Assembly: GCA_002633005.1 (NCBI GenBank) | Contig: NMRA01000256.1 | Coordinates: forward strand, 200,784 to 264,783 | Reading direction: 5' to 3' | Length of the DNA: 64,000 bases | From: Phoronis australis | Lineage: Eukaryota > Animalia > Phoronida | Shown: positions 22,701 to 32,989 of the stretch, one piece after another | Position numbering within the stretch: the stretch's first letter is position 1 | Layout: each line of letters begins with the position of its first letter | Program-made: the position numbers and the translations under genes | Notes under the pieces: model-generated | Told to the model about the DNA's origin: nothing | The model's database searches: none | What the model saw: the letters and a program-made list of their open reading frames with translations, nothing else

Positions 22701-22753
22701 TCTCGGATGCCGCAACATGACCACACCAGGAAGAGGGCAGCGTAGTACCACAT
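1537..22753 (-). CDS. Multi-exon gene (14 coding exons in window, 2767 nt = 922 codons + 1 nt) for a usherin-head / laminin-EGF / 3x IPT / TM single-pass receptor-like protein; 3' end probably outside the window
   Basis: Exons 22753-22326, 21666-21507, 15082-14953, 13697-13552, 11272-11099, 10971-10799, 10481-10326, 8807-8540, 6925-6795, 6147-5974, 5312-5207, 4819-4520, 3680-3507, 1783-1537. All are bounded by GT-AG, phase-compatible and join into one stop-free frame. Confidence 0.85.
2364..3442. mobile_element. MITE/foldback-like element with tandemly repeated right terminus
   Basis: 2364-2420 is the reverse complement of a unit (TTAACGCGCTAACG...GACAGGCTTGAAATTCC) repeated about 4 times at ~104-bp spacing in 3085-3442. 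Confidence 0.6.
3507..3680 (-). CDS. Receptor exon 13: IPT3
   Basis: GLRMNYG...DYTVYVG...CAVTDLSSNQIVCRPPESQP; ctacag|GGT and AAG|gtcggt. Confidence 0.9.
4520..4819 (-). CDS. Receptor exon 12: IPT2 end and IPT3 start, includes RQKR
   Basis: ICTVRNSTAMDCPTP...RQKR...FYLGFILDGV...FSNPFISEF...FITIK, plexin-like (C.V.N.T.M.C.TP, GF.LDGV). Confidence 0.9.
5207..5312 (-). CDS. Receptor exon 11: IPT2
   Basis: GGVILHVYGSNLDSVYAPVM resembles plexin/MET IPT (GG..I.V.G.NL.SV..P). Donor ACG|gtagct was inferred from the phase of the next exon. Confidence 0.8.
5485..5564. other. Assembly gap (N run) in a receptor intron, flanked by homopolymers
   Basis: 80 N between poly-A and poly-G. Confidence 0.95.
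5593..5720. repeat. Tiny MITE-like element with duplicated right half
   Basis: ACCATGGGCGGTG...CACCGCCCATGGT (5593-5663) followed by a second CTGAAAAAAGTGGGGGCTATA...CCGCCCATGGT. Confidence 0.5.
5974..6147 (-). CDS. Receptor exon 10: IPT1 C-half and start of IPT2
   Basis: NDTTVVCRTG...FEFTYKGDPVIQRIEPLETFL; GT-AG bounded, phase 2-2. Confidence 0.9.
6795..6925 (-). CDS. Receptor exon 9: IPT/TIG domain 1, N-half (not in ORF track)
   Basis: tttcag|TCG...AG|gtaatg. SPHLTSIGPSYGPLAGGTVVILRG...VLVGDKFC is the canonical IPT motif P-x-x-GP-x-x-GGT. Confidence 0.92.
7102..8399 (+). mobile_element. Non-autonomous Kolobok-like DNA transposon, copy A: ~300-bp imperfect terminal inverted arms and THAP-transposase 5' remnant
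   Basis: TTAA|AAGGCGAAGGCAACC...GGTTGCCTTCGTCT|TTAA. Internal frameshifted MPRCCCVPGC...FHRFPKDD...W...EHF...LKKGSI (THAP), and later IHWECVAGHSGKWDSS. Confidence 0.85.
8540..8807 (-). CDS. Receptor exon 8: one full and one truncated laminin-type EGF (LE) repeat
   Basis: RCACNGHASNC...CHCQQNTRGVNCEICERGYFR...CVPCRCHPAG...CDVTTGQCNC...DC; donor TGT|gtacgt. Confidence 0.92.
9342..9490. mobile_element. Small MITE-like hairpin
   Basis: Perfect 16-bp IR GACAGGGTAGAGTTCA / TGAACTCTACCCTGTC. Confidence 0.55.
10326..10481 (-). CDS. Receptor exon 7: end of LN domain
   Basis: ARHVRVILNN...WFGVQEIAVNGR with AG|gtaac (phase 2), the classical LN C-terminal pattern (y-a-i-x-e-i-x-V-x-G-R). Confidence 0.88.
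10799..10971 (-). CDS. Receptor exon 6: LN domain (not in ORF track)
   Basis: gtag|GTT...AT|gtaagt. ...ATIQYRNNLATEWKTWVKFATFC matches the LN motif W-x-x-W-x-x-F-A-x-x-C. Confidence 0.85.
11099..11272 (-). CDS. Receptor exon 5: laminin N-terminal (LN) domain
   Basis: ctag|TTC...GAG|gtaag. VSRLAYDSTPSLINDGQNTTWTS...IVMDLKQDFE carries the LN pattern P-x-x-i-N-D...T-x-W-x-S...DL...F. Confidence 0.88.
12392..13358. mobile_element. Internally deleted Kolobok-like element with convergent 5' remnants of a THAP transposase (-) and an acidic KolX-like gene (+)
   Basis: TTAA|ACAGTACACACCATG...CATGTTGTGTACACT|TTAA (12/15 TIR match). Minus 13155-12878: RCVSGGCSNS.../PKDTKVAQKWHDFVRRTR...LCSAHFEDSCF (THAP, frameshift near 13055). 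Plus 12596-12865: MAETREFESDDD...FEPYELDPP. Confidence 0.8.
13552..13697 (-). CDS. Receptor exon 4: end of LamG-like domain and usherin-type CRCP linker (not in ORF track)
   Basis: ttaacag|AC GTC...AAG|gtattg. DVFLGHIQDFRFYEKILTSREIEEVYSG...SCRCPPDFPK closely resembles the usherin pattern F-x-G-x-x-QDFR-x-Y...LT-x-REI-x-EV-x-SG...CRCP. Confidence 0.88.
14343..14665 (-). pseudogene. Frameshifted Ser/Thr/Pro-rich (mucin-like) cassette exon remnant in the receptor intron
   Basis: Phase-1 acceptor ttccag at 14666-67. S/T-rich text moves between frames (VQKSVLAKRTSSGVSEQ..., KHSPTTSG, TDTDITTPNLSPIATPSTEEGPST). Candidate donors at 14564 (GAT|gtaagc) and 14342 (G|gtacaa). Confidence 0.45.
14953..15082 (-). 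CDS. Receptor exon 3: LamG-like domain
   Basis: tacag|TTC...GAC G|gtaag. FSFPDVTVSIDGVQ continues the W-x-HV...v-x-l-x-DG LamG motif. Confidence 0.8.
15160..16829 (-). mobile_element. Helentron/DINE-like element, same family, with expanded central tandem array
   Basis: Starts ACAGGAACAACGCAGG...ATGCGCCCAC; about 10 diverged GCCACTAGGGG units; ends in a CCGGACG microsatellite + GATGACGGCATAATGC. Confidence 0.7.
17040..17885 (-). repeat. Further array of the same GCCACTAGGGG tandem units (truncated element)
   Basis: Repeated AAATTGCCACTAGG...GGATCCGTCC...AAATTTCATGAAAATCC units as in 15300-16600 and 37370-37870. Confidence 0.65.
17886..18240 (+). mobile_element. Penelope-like retroelement 3' fragment (GIY-YIG endonuclease C-terminus + pLTR remnant)
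   Basis: FKEHLK...TAVG/EHILATGHSISLASSRILAREQNWHTRKLKEAINITSQRPLLNRDRG matches the PLE endonuclease tail pattern (EH...GH...IL.RE....R..KEAI.I.....LNRD.G). Confidence 0.85.
18131..18172 (+). ncRNA. Degenerate minimal type I hammerhead ribozyme of the Penelope fragment
   Basis: TTCA-[TCGATAA]-A-GACCTGG-CGGA-CCAGGTT-GAAAC-GTC-TGAA. Stem I, stem II, GAAA and the GUC triplet are present; the CUGANGA core has 3 substitutions. Confidence 0.55.
18255..18483 (+). mobile_element. Solo, diverged terminal arm of the 7102/52465 family
   Basis: Aligns by eye to the right arm (8172-8399); ends GGTTGCCTTCACCT|TTAA. Confidence 0.8.
18540..20199. mobile_element. Non-autonomous Kolobok-like element
   Basis: TTAA|AGGAGCATGCCACCC...GGGTGGCATTCTCCT|TTAA (14/15 TIR match). 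Internal decayed exon 19641-19810 (GYQFEQEYSDEEILKRRRE) ends at a gtaagc donor. Confidence 0.8.
21507..21666 (-). CDS. Receptor exon 2: LamG-like/pentraxin-like domain
   Basis: ttttcag|C CAC...CAG|gtaaaa. Encodes ...LGRWTHVTLQ, the W-x-H-V motif of LamG-like folds. Confidence 0.85.
22326..22753 (-). CDS. Receptor coding exon 1: signal peptide + usherin-like N-terminus + start of LamG-like domain
   Basis: MWYYAALFLVWSCCGIRDGSA signal peptide. LWYPREFNVALGKPVVV resembles the usherin/laminin LN start. ATFWIK is a LamG strand. Acceptor at 22794-95 upstream of ATG; donor CG|gtatg (phase 2). Confidence 0.85.
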
Positions 22754-24319
22754 GACGAATTTACGTCTATACTTGCAACAATGGTAGTTACAGCTGTAAA
22801 ATAAATATGGTTATCACTTAAGTAAATACTTGAAACGGCATGTTGATAAAACTCAATGAGGTTAAGACGCAAATATAGGCCTATCAGGGTGTGCGCGTGC
22901 ATTGAAACAGATGTTACATAGCTTTATAGAATCAGTTTAGAGATCATTATCGTTTTACGGCCAAAACGCATTTTGCGAGTTTTGTTGGGTGAGGCAGACT
23001 GATTAATAAAAGTTATTATCAGCTTTGGATCGACCAGAGCTACAAAACCATAAAACCCGACATTTATTGAAACCAAGGCCAGTTTATTTGCCAATGATAT
23101 ATGCTAAATCCCGTTTATTGAGTGAGATTTTGCTTAGTCAGAAGGGCGTTTGGTTGCTACAAGCGAAGGTTCCGGTTTCGAATGTGCACTAGCGGTGTTC
23201 TCAGAAAACCACATTCCGCCGATAACGCCACATTATCAATGTCCTCTTTCGTTGCTTGATAGATTGAATATTATATCGATGACAATTTGATTGCAGCCAA
23301 CACACCGTTTCATTTATCGCAGGTCCTTTGATTTTGTTCTGTACAGTATACGGTATCTGATGCCCGCACACTACTCGAACTAAATGCTGGGGGTGTTCTT
23401 CCTCAGTTATAACCAACGGGAAGTTAGGCAGGGTGATGAGATATCAATCCTTGAAATAGGACCTTTTTAGAATCTCCTTTAAGGAAAACGTCTCGTAATG
23501 CATCTAGCCTCATATAGCTATTAAATAAATCCCTCGGAGGAGTTATTTTGAAAAATGTCACCGTTTGATTGAACTGTCTAGGTCATAAGAATTAAAAAAG
23601 GTGCTTCATTCTGGTTAACGATGCATGTTAAATAATTGCTATCTTTTTAATTGCAGCCAACTAACATTGTTGTATCACGACATATCACAGGTTACAGTAA
23701 AACGCCTGGAATAAACCTTGTGACACTTTTGCGGCTGAATCTAACTTGCCGGGTCATATTTGAAGCAAAAACTAACCTGGTACACTCAAGCTTTGAAATC
23801 AGTTGCGAATTGGGATGGGAACGAAATGGGTACTGCACCGACAATACCCAAGTTGTTTTTGTCTAAAGACACGGGTTTAATGCACCTCTCCTAACTTAAA
23901 AGCGTTCAATGATCTAAATGTTACTCTAATTATGTAGATATTTCAATGTCTAAAGTAATAAAAAATGAAACTAGTGATAGGTCTATATATGTAAGAGTAG
24001 AAATTCCGTTGTTTGTGGGTTTAAACTTGACGAAAGAAAACCGATAAGCTCAAATTCTGCTTGTCGTCATCTCCCAGTCTGCTCGAACCGAAGTTTTGTA
24101 TGAACCCGCTTAAGTGACGGGGCCTGGGTTTGCTCACCTTCGTCATTCCCACGATGGCGCGGTCTTTGGGAGGAAGGCTTACGACATAATTCAGGGTGTT
24201 CCAAAGTTCACGTATTGATGCTCACAATGACCTTGTTTGTGTGTGTGTGCGTACCGTAAATGAAATTAGAGCATTGTGGAGGCCGGCTGTCTGCTCCTAA
24301 ACGTTTCGGAATGAATGGA

Positions 24320-24414
24320 GATACATACGTACATGCATGCAGGCATACATACACACATGCATGCATGCATATATACATACATGCATACATACACACATAC
24401 GTACATATATACAT
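24320..24414. repeat. (ATAC/ATGC)n compound microsatellite
   Basis: Direct inspection. Confidence 0.9.
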
Positions 24415-26489
24415 GGAGTAAATTCAATATTGAGGTGGCTGTCTTCTCATGAAATTAACCCAAAGACCCCTCGTAGAACTAGTTACAAGACCTCGGGCCT
24501 AATCTTTGGAAGGCCCTTAGCTAGTCATAATTAGCACTCTTTCACTGATGGCTGCATTCATTTTATTATGAGGCCCGGTCTAAGCAGCCGCTCATGTCGC
24601 CCGTAGCCACCTCGACCAAATCTCGACTGAGGGGAACGTTAAGTTATTTTACCGTGTATCAAAATTACTGCACACAAATGCAATGCCTTTTGAACAATTG
24701 GAACACTGGGGGACGTTTTCTAATGGATGCACTGAAGTGTACACTAATAATTATGTATTTCTAATGCACTAACTACTTCACGAGTAACCCAACTAACAGT
24801 GCCATGGTACTGCCGGGTAGCTCATGATAACCTGGGAGTAATATACTCCCTAGTAGGGAGTGGAAACTTTGATATTGGTCCTAGCTATAACCTGTAAATT
24901 CAACTATGCGGTGCCGTTTTTCTCCCTCCAATATACAAAGAAAACGATTAGCGTGTTCTCTATAGCTGTATCGAGGTGGATTCCCATATACCTGGTGGGA
25001 ACAGACGGCTACCGTGACCATAGCGGTGCCGCTGATCCGCATTGAGGATTTCATACATCCATCGGCAAGTCAACTGAAGGCGATATTTAGTACTGCGTTA
25101 CGGGCTGGATTCGAATGAAAATGACAGACAAATTTTGTATACTTACCTTTGCACCATGCAATTCCGCCGGTGGCCAACGCGCACATAAATAAATGTCATG
25201 GACAATGCCGTAAATATTGAGTTCACCCGTCACCGCATGAATAAGTTTGAATAGAATGGATGTGGACGTTGTTATAATCGATGACAACGAATCACAGGCC
25301 GCTCTCGTCTGTTTCCTTGTCCGAGGAGCACCACCCAAACCATTGGTAATTTCCTTTGCATTTCAGTAAAATTCACACTTTCGGTGCTCCAAATGGTGGA
25401 ACTGGTGATTAATTCTCAACTGAAATTGGGAAATTACTCATAACTGGCATTTACTTTGTGAGTGCTACTCCGAACAGTAGGCTGTGCATTCTGACTCAAC
25501 ATGAGCCACTCTGACAGTTGGAACTCAGGGACAGGCACGGAGAAGTGGCTCGGGTGCCCCAATAAGCTACTTTTGAATTCTCATAAAATTTGGGGAAAAA
25601 GTGCTACTCAGTGCCTATCGGAACTAAATGCTTAAAATAAATTCGGATAACACATGACAAGATCTATATCTCTGCGTCCAGTAGGTCACATTAAAAGACA
25701 GTTATTTGGCATAGCCAGAACCCGAATCAATGAACTGACCTGGTTAGTCTGCATTTCTCTAGAATGGAGATTTTAAATGTACGAAATGTGTGATGACAAG
25801 CTTTGGTTTTCAAATTCAAGTGATACCAACTGATTACCGTAACCAGTCGTGTCATCTATAACAATCCTTTAGCACGCTCGCTAATGAATCTCGGCTTGTA
25901 ATCCTAGCTGTAGAAAAATCAAAAACCGTGACTGAAGTAGTGTGCTTTCGCAGCGGACAGCTTTGACCCTCACGTAATCCATCCCTGCTATCAAACCAAT
26001 GGCCTTACAAAACAAGGCATGCATATGCATTCGTTTAAAAATTACGACAGTCTTTTTTAGTACTTTAAACGTGATTTTTGTTATTAACGGATATCAACGT
26101 TTAACAATGTTTTGGAAACAGCAATGCTTTGCAAACTCTTGCAAATCCTTACCTCATTGAGTTTGATTCAGATTGCTTTGGCGAGTTGGACGACTGCGTT
26201 GAGAGACCGACTTGCCTCAAACAACTATTTATGACAAATGGGAGGACCACGTTTTAGTTGAAAGGGAGCAATGGTTTCATCTTTCCTAGTGTTTGGTTAG
26301 TGAACATTGCACACTGGCAGGTGACGGAAATAATATCAATCAATTCATTTCTGTAATCATACCGTGAATAATATGCTTACAAGGAAGTCTCACATGTCTA
26401 GAGATATACGTGAATTTTCATCGCTCGTCCTTCTGAGCGGCCTCTACCAGGATCAATGAGAGCGCAAAATACCACATCTCACGATTTCT

Positions 26490-27065
26490 CAGGGGCCGGA
26501 CCTCCGTTTCTAAACATCATAAATTTAATAAGTTTACAGACATGCTCCATTCCTGACAGAACTTATTTAAAGCACACAGTAGTTTTTGCAGTTAACTGGA
26601 GCGTAAGCGCACAAGGTCGTATCGTCGGCATAACTGTATGACAATACTTTTACATCAGAGACATTTTGACTTAAAAATACCATCGTCATTACTAGAGTGG
26701 ATACATTCTATAAATTCATTCAAATACAATGTAAACAAAAGAGGGCCTAACAAACAACCTTGCCTAGTGCCAATATTGAAATCAAAAGCAGCAATTTTAC
26801 CAGTCCGCGCTCTCACAAACGTCCGAAGTTTGCTATACGTTGATTGTAAAGTTTTTAAAAAATCACCTTGAACTCCAACATTTTTTAATCTGAGCCAAAG
26901 CAACTGATGGGGAATATTGTTTAATGCTTTAGAAAAATCAGTGAATGCACAGTAGAAACGATGTCCTTGTTTGCTTATGTACTTTTGAACTATAGTTGAC
27001 AATGTAAAAATTTGGTCGACAGTGCTGTATACCTTTCGGAACCTTGCTTGACATTCAAACAATTT
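26490..27065 (-). mobile_element. Non-LTR retrotransposon (LINE) reverse-transcriptase fragment, decayed
   Basis: QARFRKVYSTVDQIFTL...FYCAFTDFSKA...LLW.RL...GTRQGCLLGPLLFTLYLN, then SYADDTTL after a frameshift (~26600-26635). Confidence 0.9.
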
Positions 27066-30000
27066 AATATTCTCCATGGCCCAATCAGTAAGGCGCACAT
27101 TCAAATTTTTGTAAAAAAGTTTCCAATCACTGGCAGAAGTAAAATGATCACCGAAACGTGTTAGCCACGGTGTTACGGCGGTCTTCATTACTGGAACAGA
27201 TGTTGCCGAGAACTGACCATTGTCCGCTAATGTATAATAATATTTTGTGAGTGAGATAATTGTTGATGTGTCATCCTGATTATAATGAAAAATCTAAGTT
27301 AATCAAATGCGTCTGGACATTTCTAGCTTGCTTCAGTTACGGTGAATAATGCTACAGTTCAACATTGGAACCAATATGAGTATTCGCTTAGGTCCAACTA
27401 ACTGGAGTTGGCCGAAAACACAGAATATCAGGAACAAGATGCATCATTAGGCCCATGTTATCGCCAGATCGACCAGTTACGTGCCCATTGGTAAGAAAAA
27501 TTCTCTCTTGGAGCCGTCTGAATTGCGCCGAAACACTACTCAATTGTGATATTCCGCCGTTTGTTAGAAAATAATTGGAATTGTATCAACTGAATCGCGT
27601 TTTGTGCCGAGAAAAGAAGTACGGAACAAATTATATAAGAGTATAGGAACAAATTATATAAGAGTCTAGAAAAAATGTCCAAACTTGGAGCATCATATCT
27701 AATAAATGATTTATAAGATTCAAATGAAACTTTCAGATATTATGCTCTATACTATGTAAATGACTGTTTTTCAAAGGATTATTGGGAATTGTTTTTAAGA
27801 TGGGTCACTTTTGCAAGATGGGCTATGATTGAAACAGAAACAAAACAATGAGTTTAAAAACTATAACAGCGTTTTTTGAGCTTTCATGAAAACATATATC
27901 AAATGAAAATTGGTCATGTGATTGATTGCCTTGATTTGCATTGAATATATCTTTAATTTCTTTTTTGCTAAAGTTTACTGAAGACTGGTCACATTACATA
28001 ATCAATCACAGTTTGCATAATTGATATGAAGTCAAACATCAAATTCTACAGGCTTTCTGTTTCAGGAAATTTATATCTGTTTGAGTTGAAGTTTAAGTTT
28101 TGTAGATGTTAAGTTGGGGAAATACACAAGGTTGTCGATAAGGTTCCACATAACCTGATGAAATAAGGACCGACGAGCGCTCTTTGAGGGAGAGTTGTCT
28201 AGATGTACCTACTGGCCATGAATAAGCATAGACATCGAGCTATAAATGTATTGTAATCGATTTGACTGTCGTTTTTCCTGACTGTATTATAAGCACAGTG
28301 TTATCGACTGCTTCTAGCACGCCGAGTAGTTTTCTGATTGCTGACTAAGTGTTACAACCTCTTAGATGTCATGTAAACAGGCCACACAGTGCCCAGAAAC
28401 ACTCCGACTTTGTTTATCGGAGAAGACAGCTAGTAAAGAAATCTTTCTCCGGTGTATTCTTCCTTTGTTTGTTTTGTAGAAAACAAACAGCGGTGTGCAA
28501 ACACATCTTTTGTATTATCAAGAGGGCAATTTCCGGTGGAAGAATAGGACCTTCAAAGCATTTTACATTTGTGTGGTTTTGTTTATGTAGAATCTGATCG
28601 ACTAGTCTGTACATTTAGCCAAATATCTAGAGCATCATGGGATTGAACTCATCAAAAGTACATCTTTTCCGAAAGGATAAATTCTGACTTTACACCAATC
28701 GTGACATTAATTAGGTCACTTGACATTATCTTTTGATGGAAATTTAGCGAAAGGGGTGCAACAGGATCAATATAAATGTTCTAGATAAGTTCTCAAAGAA
28801 GCTGTTACAAAATTCCAAATTATCGTTTCATTTTCGACATGTAACTATAATTTTTTCATCAAAATCATATCCGACTCCTGGTTTTTAATAGCCTCTCAAT
28901 ATTCAACAGCGGGATAAAAAACAGTTCATAATATCATATTAGAGGACAGTATTATCTGAAAGTTTTATATGAATACGATCAACAGTTTCTGAGATAGATG
29001 TTCCGAAGTCGGACAAAATCCGGCGGACAATTCTCTATGGTCCCACAAAACCTTAAGTGGCGCCGTCTCTTGATCGTGGCTCAGATTACGTAAATACGCA
29101 AAATGATACTTATAAAGGGGGCTAAATTTACTCTTTTTACTTCTTCTGGCGGTCATCAGTGAGAGCCCCATGTCTAAAATTAGCCTGTGCCCGGACTACA
29201 ACAATCACCTTTTCGTCGATAAAGCCTTACCCAAAGTTGTAAAACGTCATGTTGCCGTGCCCCTTTTTGCTTCGAAATAAAAGTACAGTACCTCTATAGG
29301 CCTACCGTGTAAATCAATTCAGATCGGGTGGTATCACTGAATTGTAACTTCGCCGTTTTCACTTTTTTCTGTACTGAGCAGCACAGACTTTTTGACTTAT
29401 TCTACCTTTGCTACACACCCAATTATCGGGGGGAGGGGGGCACATATGTGACTAGTCACTTGGGGAGGAATCCAGTGCACTCACTGCATTTAACGTTGTG
29501 CCACGCTATTTGCGTTCACCCCACTCGCGACCACCGATTTTGTGCTCGCTCAATGCCCAACTCATCAGGCGGCATCCGTTTCGCCAGTATCAGTTCAAAA
29601 TCACAATAGCCCTAACCGTAACTCTCTGCAACAGGGTGCGCCCCCTCCACACACCTGAAATGAGTAACAACCAATTCCACCACGATTTCGGTGCAGCTTG
29701 CCAGTTTCGTATTGTCACTATAGCACAATTTCCACGTCAAAAACATAAGATATTCATTGAAAACCAGTTTATTTGACGGATTTTTCACAGTGCACCATTA
29801 CAAATTAAGTAAACCCCCAATCGATAACTTACATCAAAACATTCATTAAAACACACAGTGTGACCACATTCCGTATGAGCGCATTAGAAAAAATTAAGTG
29901 GGCCACTACACTCGGTTATTACAAATACAACAGTAATGGGTGGTTAAGCGCTTGTGGCCAAATAAAACTGAAGACACCGCTGACGTCTTCTGCCAGACAC

Positions 30001-32825
30001 AGTCATGACGCTGGCAGATTACACTGCACTCGGTTAACAACTACAATGTCAAGGACCAAAGCCAAAACATCAAATGGATCATACAGTACTATAAGTCATT
30101 TTACAACTGCTACCAAATGATGCAGCGAGATCAGTAATGACTAACGAGAAAAATCCGACACTTAATTTACTTAATACAAACGGGACATTTTGACGGACGC
30201 TGTGGATAGCTACTATACTATACAGTCAACGCCGCGGGGACACTAGAATTGGGTGACTATAGCGAGGTATCTGCGGATGGTCATACTAGAAGAGCAGAAA
30301 GTAATCAGAATATTGCTAACCGATCTTACGACCTGAAATCTGTCTTTGGCATTTCTACAGAGATAAAGGTTTCAAAATTTCCCCTCATTACCCATGAGCT
30401 TTTGTAGGCAAGGTTGGCAACACTCGAGTTTGGTGTAGCAAGATTACACACAGCTATAGACGCTGGATAACATGACCTTGGGGTCTCATCTCTGTACTCG
30501 AAAATTAACTAATTGTATGTCACCTTTAATGTAAACTTACAGATTTGTATTCCATAGTGCAACATGATTGGTTAAAATTCGAGTATCAGTGATCCTAGAC
30601 CCTGAAGGTGTTGTTAGCAAAATCTTTAGATTTGAGATTGTGTGTACCACACCAGTAAGAAGACAATGCCCTTTGCAAATGAATACACGAAAAACCAAAC
30701 TACATTGTCTGCTGTTTGACTCACTCCACACAGAGCATTACAGAGTCTAATGTACGATTCCTAAAACTGAAAAGTGATCCTGCATTTAAACCAGCACTGC
30801 AATCAACAGTGGCTAAAGATATAAATTCATAACAACGGGTGTCTCTAAATCATTACAGCCTTCTGTTAAAATTGCTGGTGGTCCCCTTTGCACTAATTTT
30901 TATTGCCATGCCTACAATTCTGAGGTACGGAAATTATATTGTACCTGGTTAAAGATAAATTAAAAAACTTTCAGCATGCATGGGTACTGTAAATTCGCAT
31001 GAACAACATATACACATTCACAGTGCTCTGCTTGGACACCAGACACGATGCCTGGTAAATAGACAGCATCAACAAAAGCTTTTCAATTTGAAAACACTGG
31101 ACATTGCACTGGATGCCAACTGCAGAACTGAAACATGTGGCACATAACAACTGTTTTGCTGTAACCTATTAAAGATAATACGCAGCTAGAGTTAAAGTAA
31201 TGTAAAGTCATTGACCACTATCCTTAGCTATTGTTCATTTGAGAGACAAGCTTATTTACAACAGACCGTCCGCTATATTGCAAATAACATCCTGTGAAAT
31301 ACAACGTACTGCGGTCAATCTTCATCAACATTTTTCCCAACCCAAAAATCACATCTAAGCCCAGTAACATACAAAACAAAGTCACTGTTGCAAAAAAAGA
31401 GCAGTTTAATTCAAAAGTTAATGCTTCTGACAACTAATTACTGAGGACGAGCAAACTGGGGAGAAATGAAAGCAACCCAATTTCGTAGGAAGACTCAGCT
31501 CTGCTTTGTACACACATCTCAATTATGCATCATCATGATTTCGTCATTCTTAAGCCATTTACATATTATCTTAGGCAATTAAACATATTTAACACCTGTG
31601 CGAAGGCACATTCTCAACAATTAAGCCATAACAAATCCCTGCATGTAACTTGCATCTAATCGTGCAAGATTTCCTGTGAATAACCCTGGACAATATTCCC
31701 AAAAGACTAACTATATCTTATTTTTTCTCCTTTTTACAACAGATGTCAGACCCAGTACAGGCCAAATATCAGACAAAAACATTTTTCCTATCCTATTGGT
31801 GTACCTCAGGAGTAAATTCCACTTGCATTTAGCAGCCAAGACCCTGTGAGTTCCAGGTCATTTTGTCTGATTATTTTGGCATATACTGTAAATCCATAGC
31901 AGAAGACAATAAACCAGATCATCACCAAAGCAACGACAAAAACACCTGTGAATACATTCAACAATTTACCCAAGAAAACAAAACAAAACACGATCTTTCC
32001 GATTGGAAACTGAAAAGGTTCATTTCTGATAACAAGTGAAAAATTCACCATGCAGCCAAGTAAATTACATCTAACGGGCCCAAAATTTTTGTTTATTCCA
32101 AGAGAAAACTTGGGGAAAATTTATCATACTTTGCCATGTCTTACAACACAACAACAAAAACTGTACAATGTTGTTTAGATAGCAGCATTTATTGACTGCA
32201 GCTTATTCTATGTACAAGTCAAAATAGATTTACAACATTCGGGCACTAGCTCCACCTAGTGGTCTTATTCAGAGATACTATTCAACCCTTGACAACCATT
32301 AATATTAACATTCTTAACAGCATGGATAGGAATTACGCCTACAGAAACCCTCAAAAATAAACCAACAGTATCCAAGGGCTGTGTATCTACGATCCCTTCA
32401 CCTAATTTTATTCATAAACTTTGTATTAAGTCCACGAGAAATACTGAAAAGTTGATGAAAAGTCAACAAGATTCCAGTATCTTTCAAAATTTTTTAGCTA
32501 TTCCTGGTTGTTAACCTTGAGAAAAATCCAGGACACAGTCAAATAAAAAGTGGCAGATCACTGTTCAAAAGTCAACTAAATCAAACTATCTATGACTCTT
32601 TAACCAATACTTGTTTGTGACCTTTTATAAAAGTCCAGAGGAAATACATGAAGACAGGTCACCCAAAACACAACAAAAACTAGAAAATCTATGCCTTTCT
32701 GCCTATCCTTTTCTAATGAACTTTGTACAAAGTCTAAAAGACATGGATAAAATTGGCAAATTTAACAAAAGTCAACAAAATCCTTCAAGTATCAAAGCCT
32801 CCCATATCTATCTTCGCATGTAAAC

Positions 32826-32989
32826 TTAGTAGAACCTTTTCCTTGCATTTTCCTGTTTCTTCTGAAAGATGACGAACCCGACCATGGCACACACACCCAG
32901 CCCCACGACTAGTAAGAGAATGATAATGAAGAGTCTCCAGCCAGAGAGACGACTTAACATGAATGCACCTTTAGGGTCGTCCACGTGAT
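32826..32989 (-). CDS. LMAN2: LMAN2 exon 8 (TM + cytoplasmic tail, stop TAA)
   Basis: DHVDDPKGAFMLSRLSGWRLFIIILLLVVGLGVCAMVGFVIFQKKQENARKRFY*. Confidence 0.95.

Noticed and set aside
25145-26153. Strong minus-strand donors (aag|gtaagt at 25146, gag|gtaagg at 26152) as 5' UTR exons of the receptor
   Set aside because: Plausible but unverifiable without transcript data.
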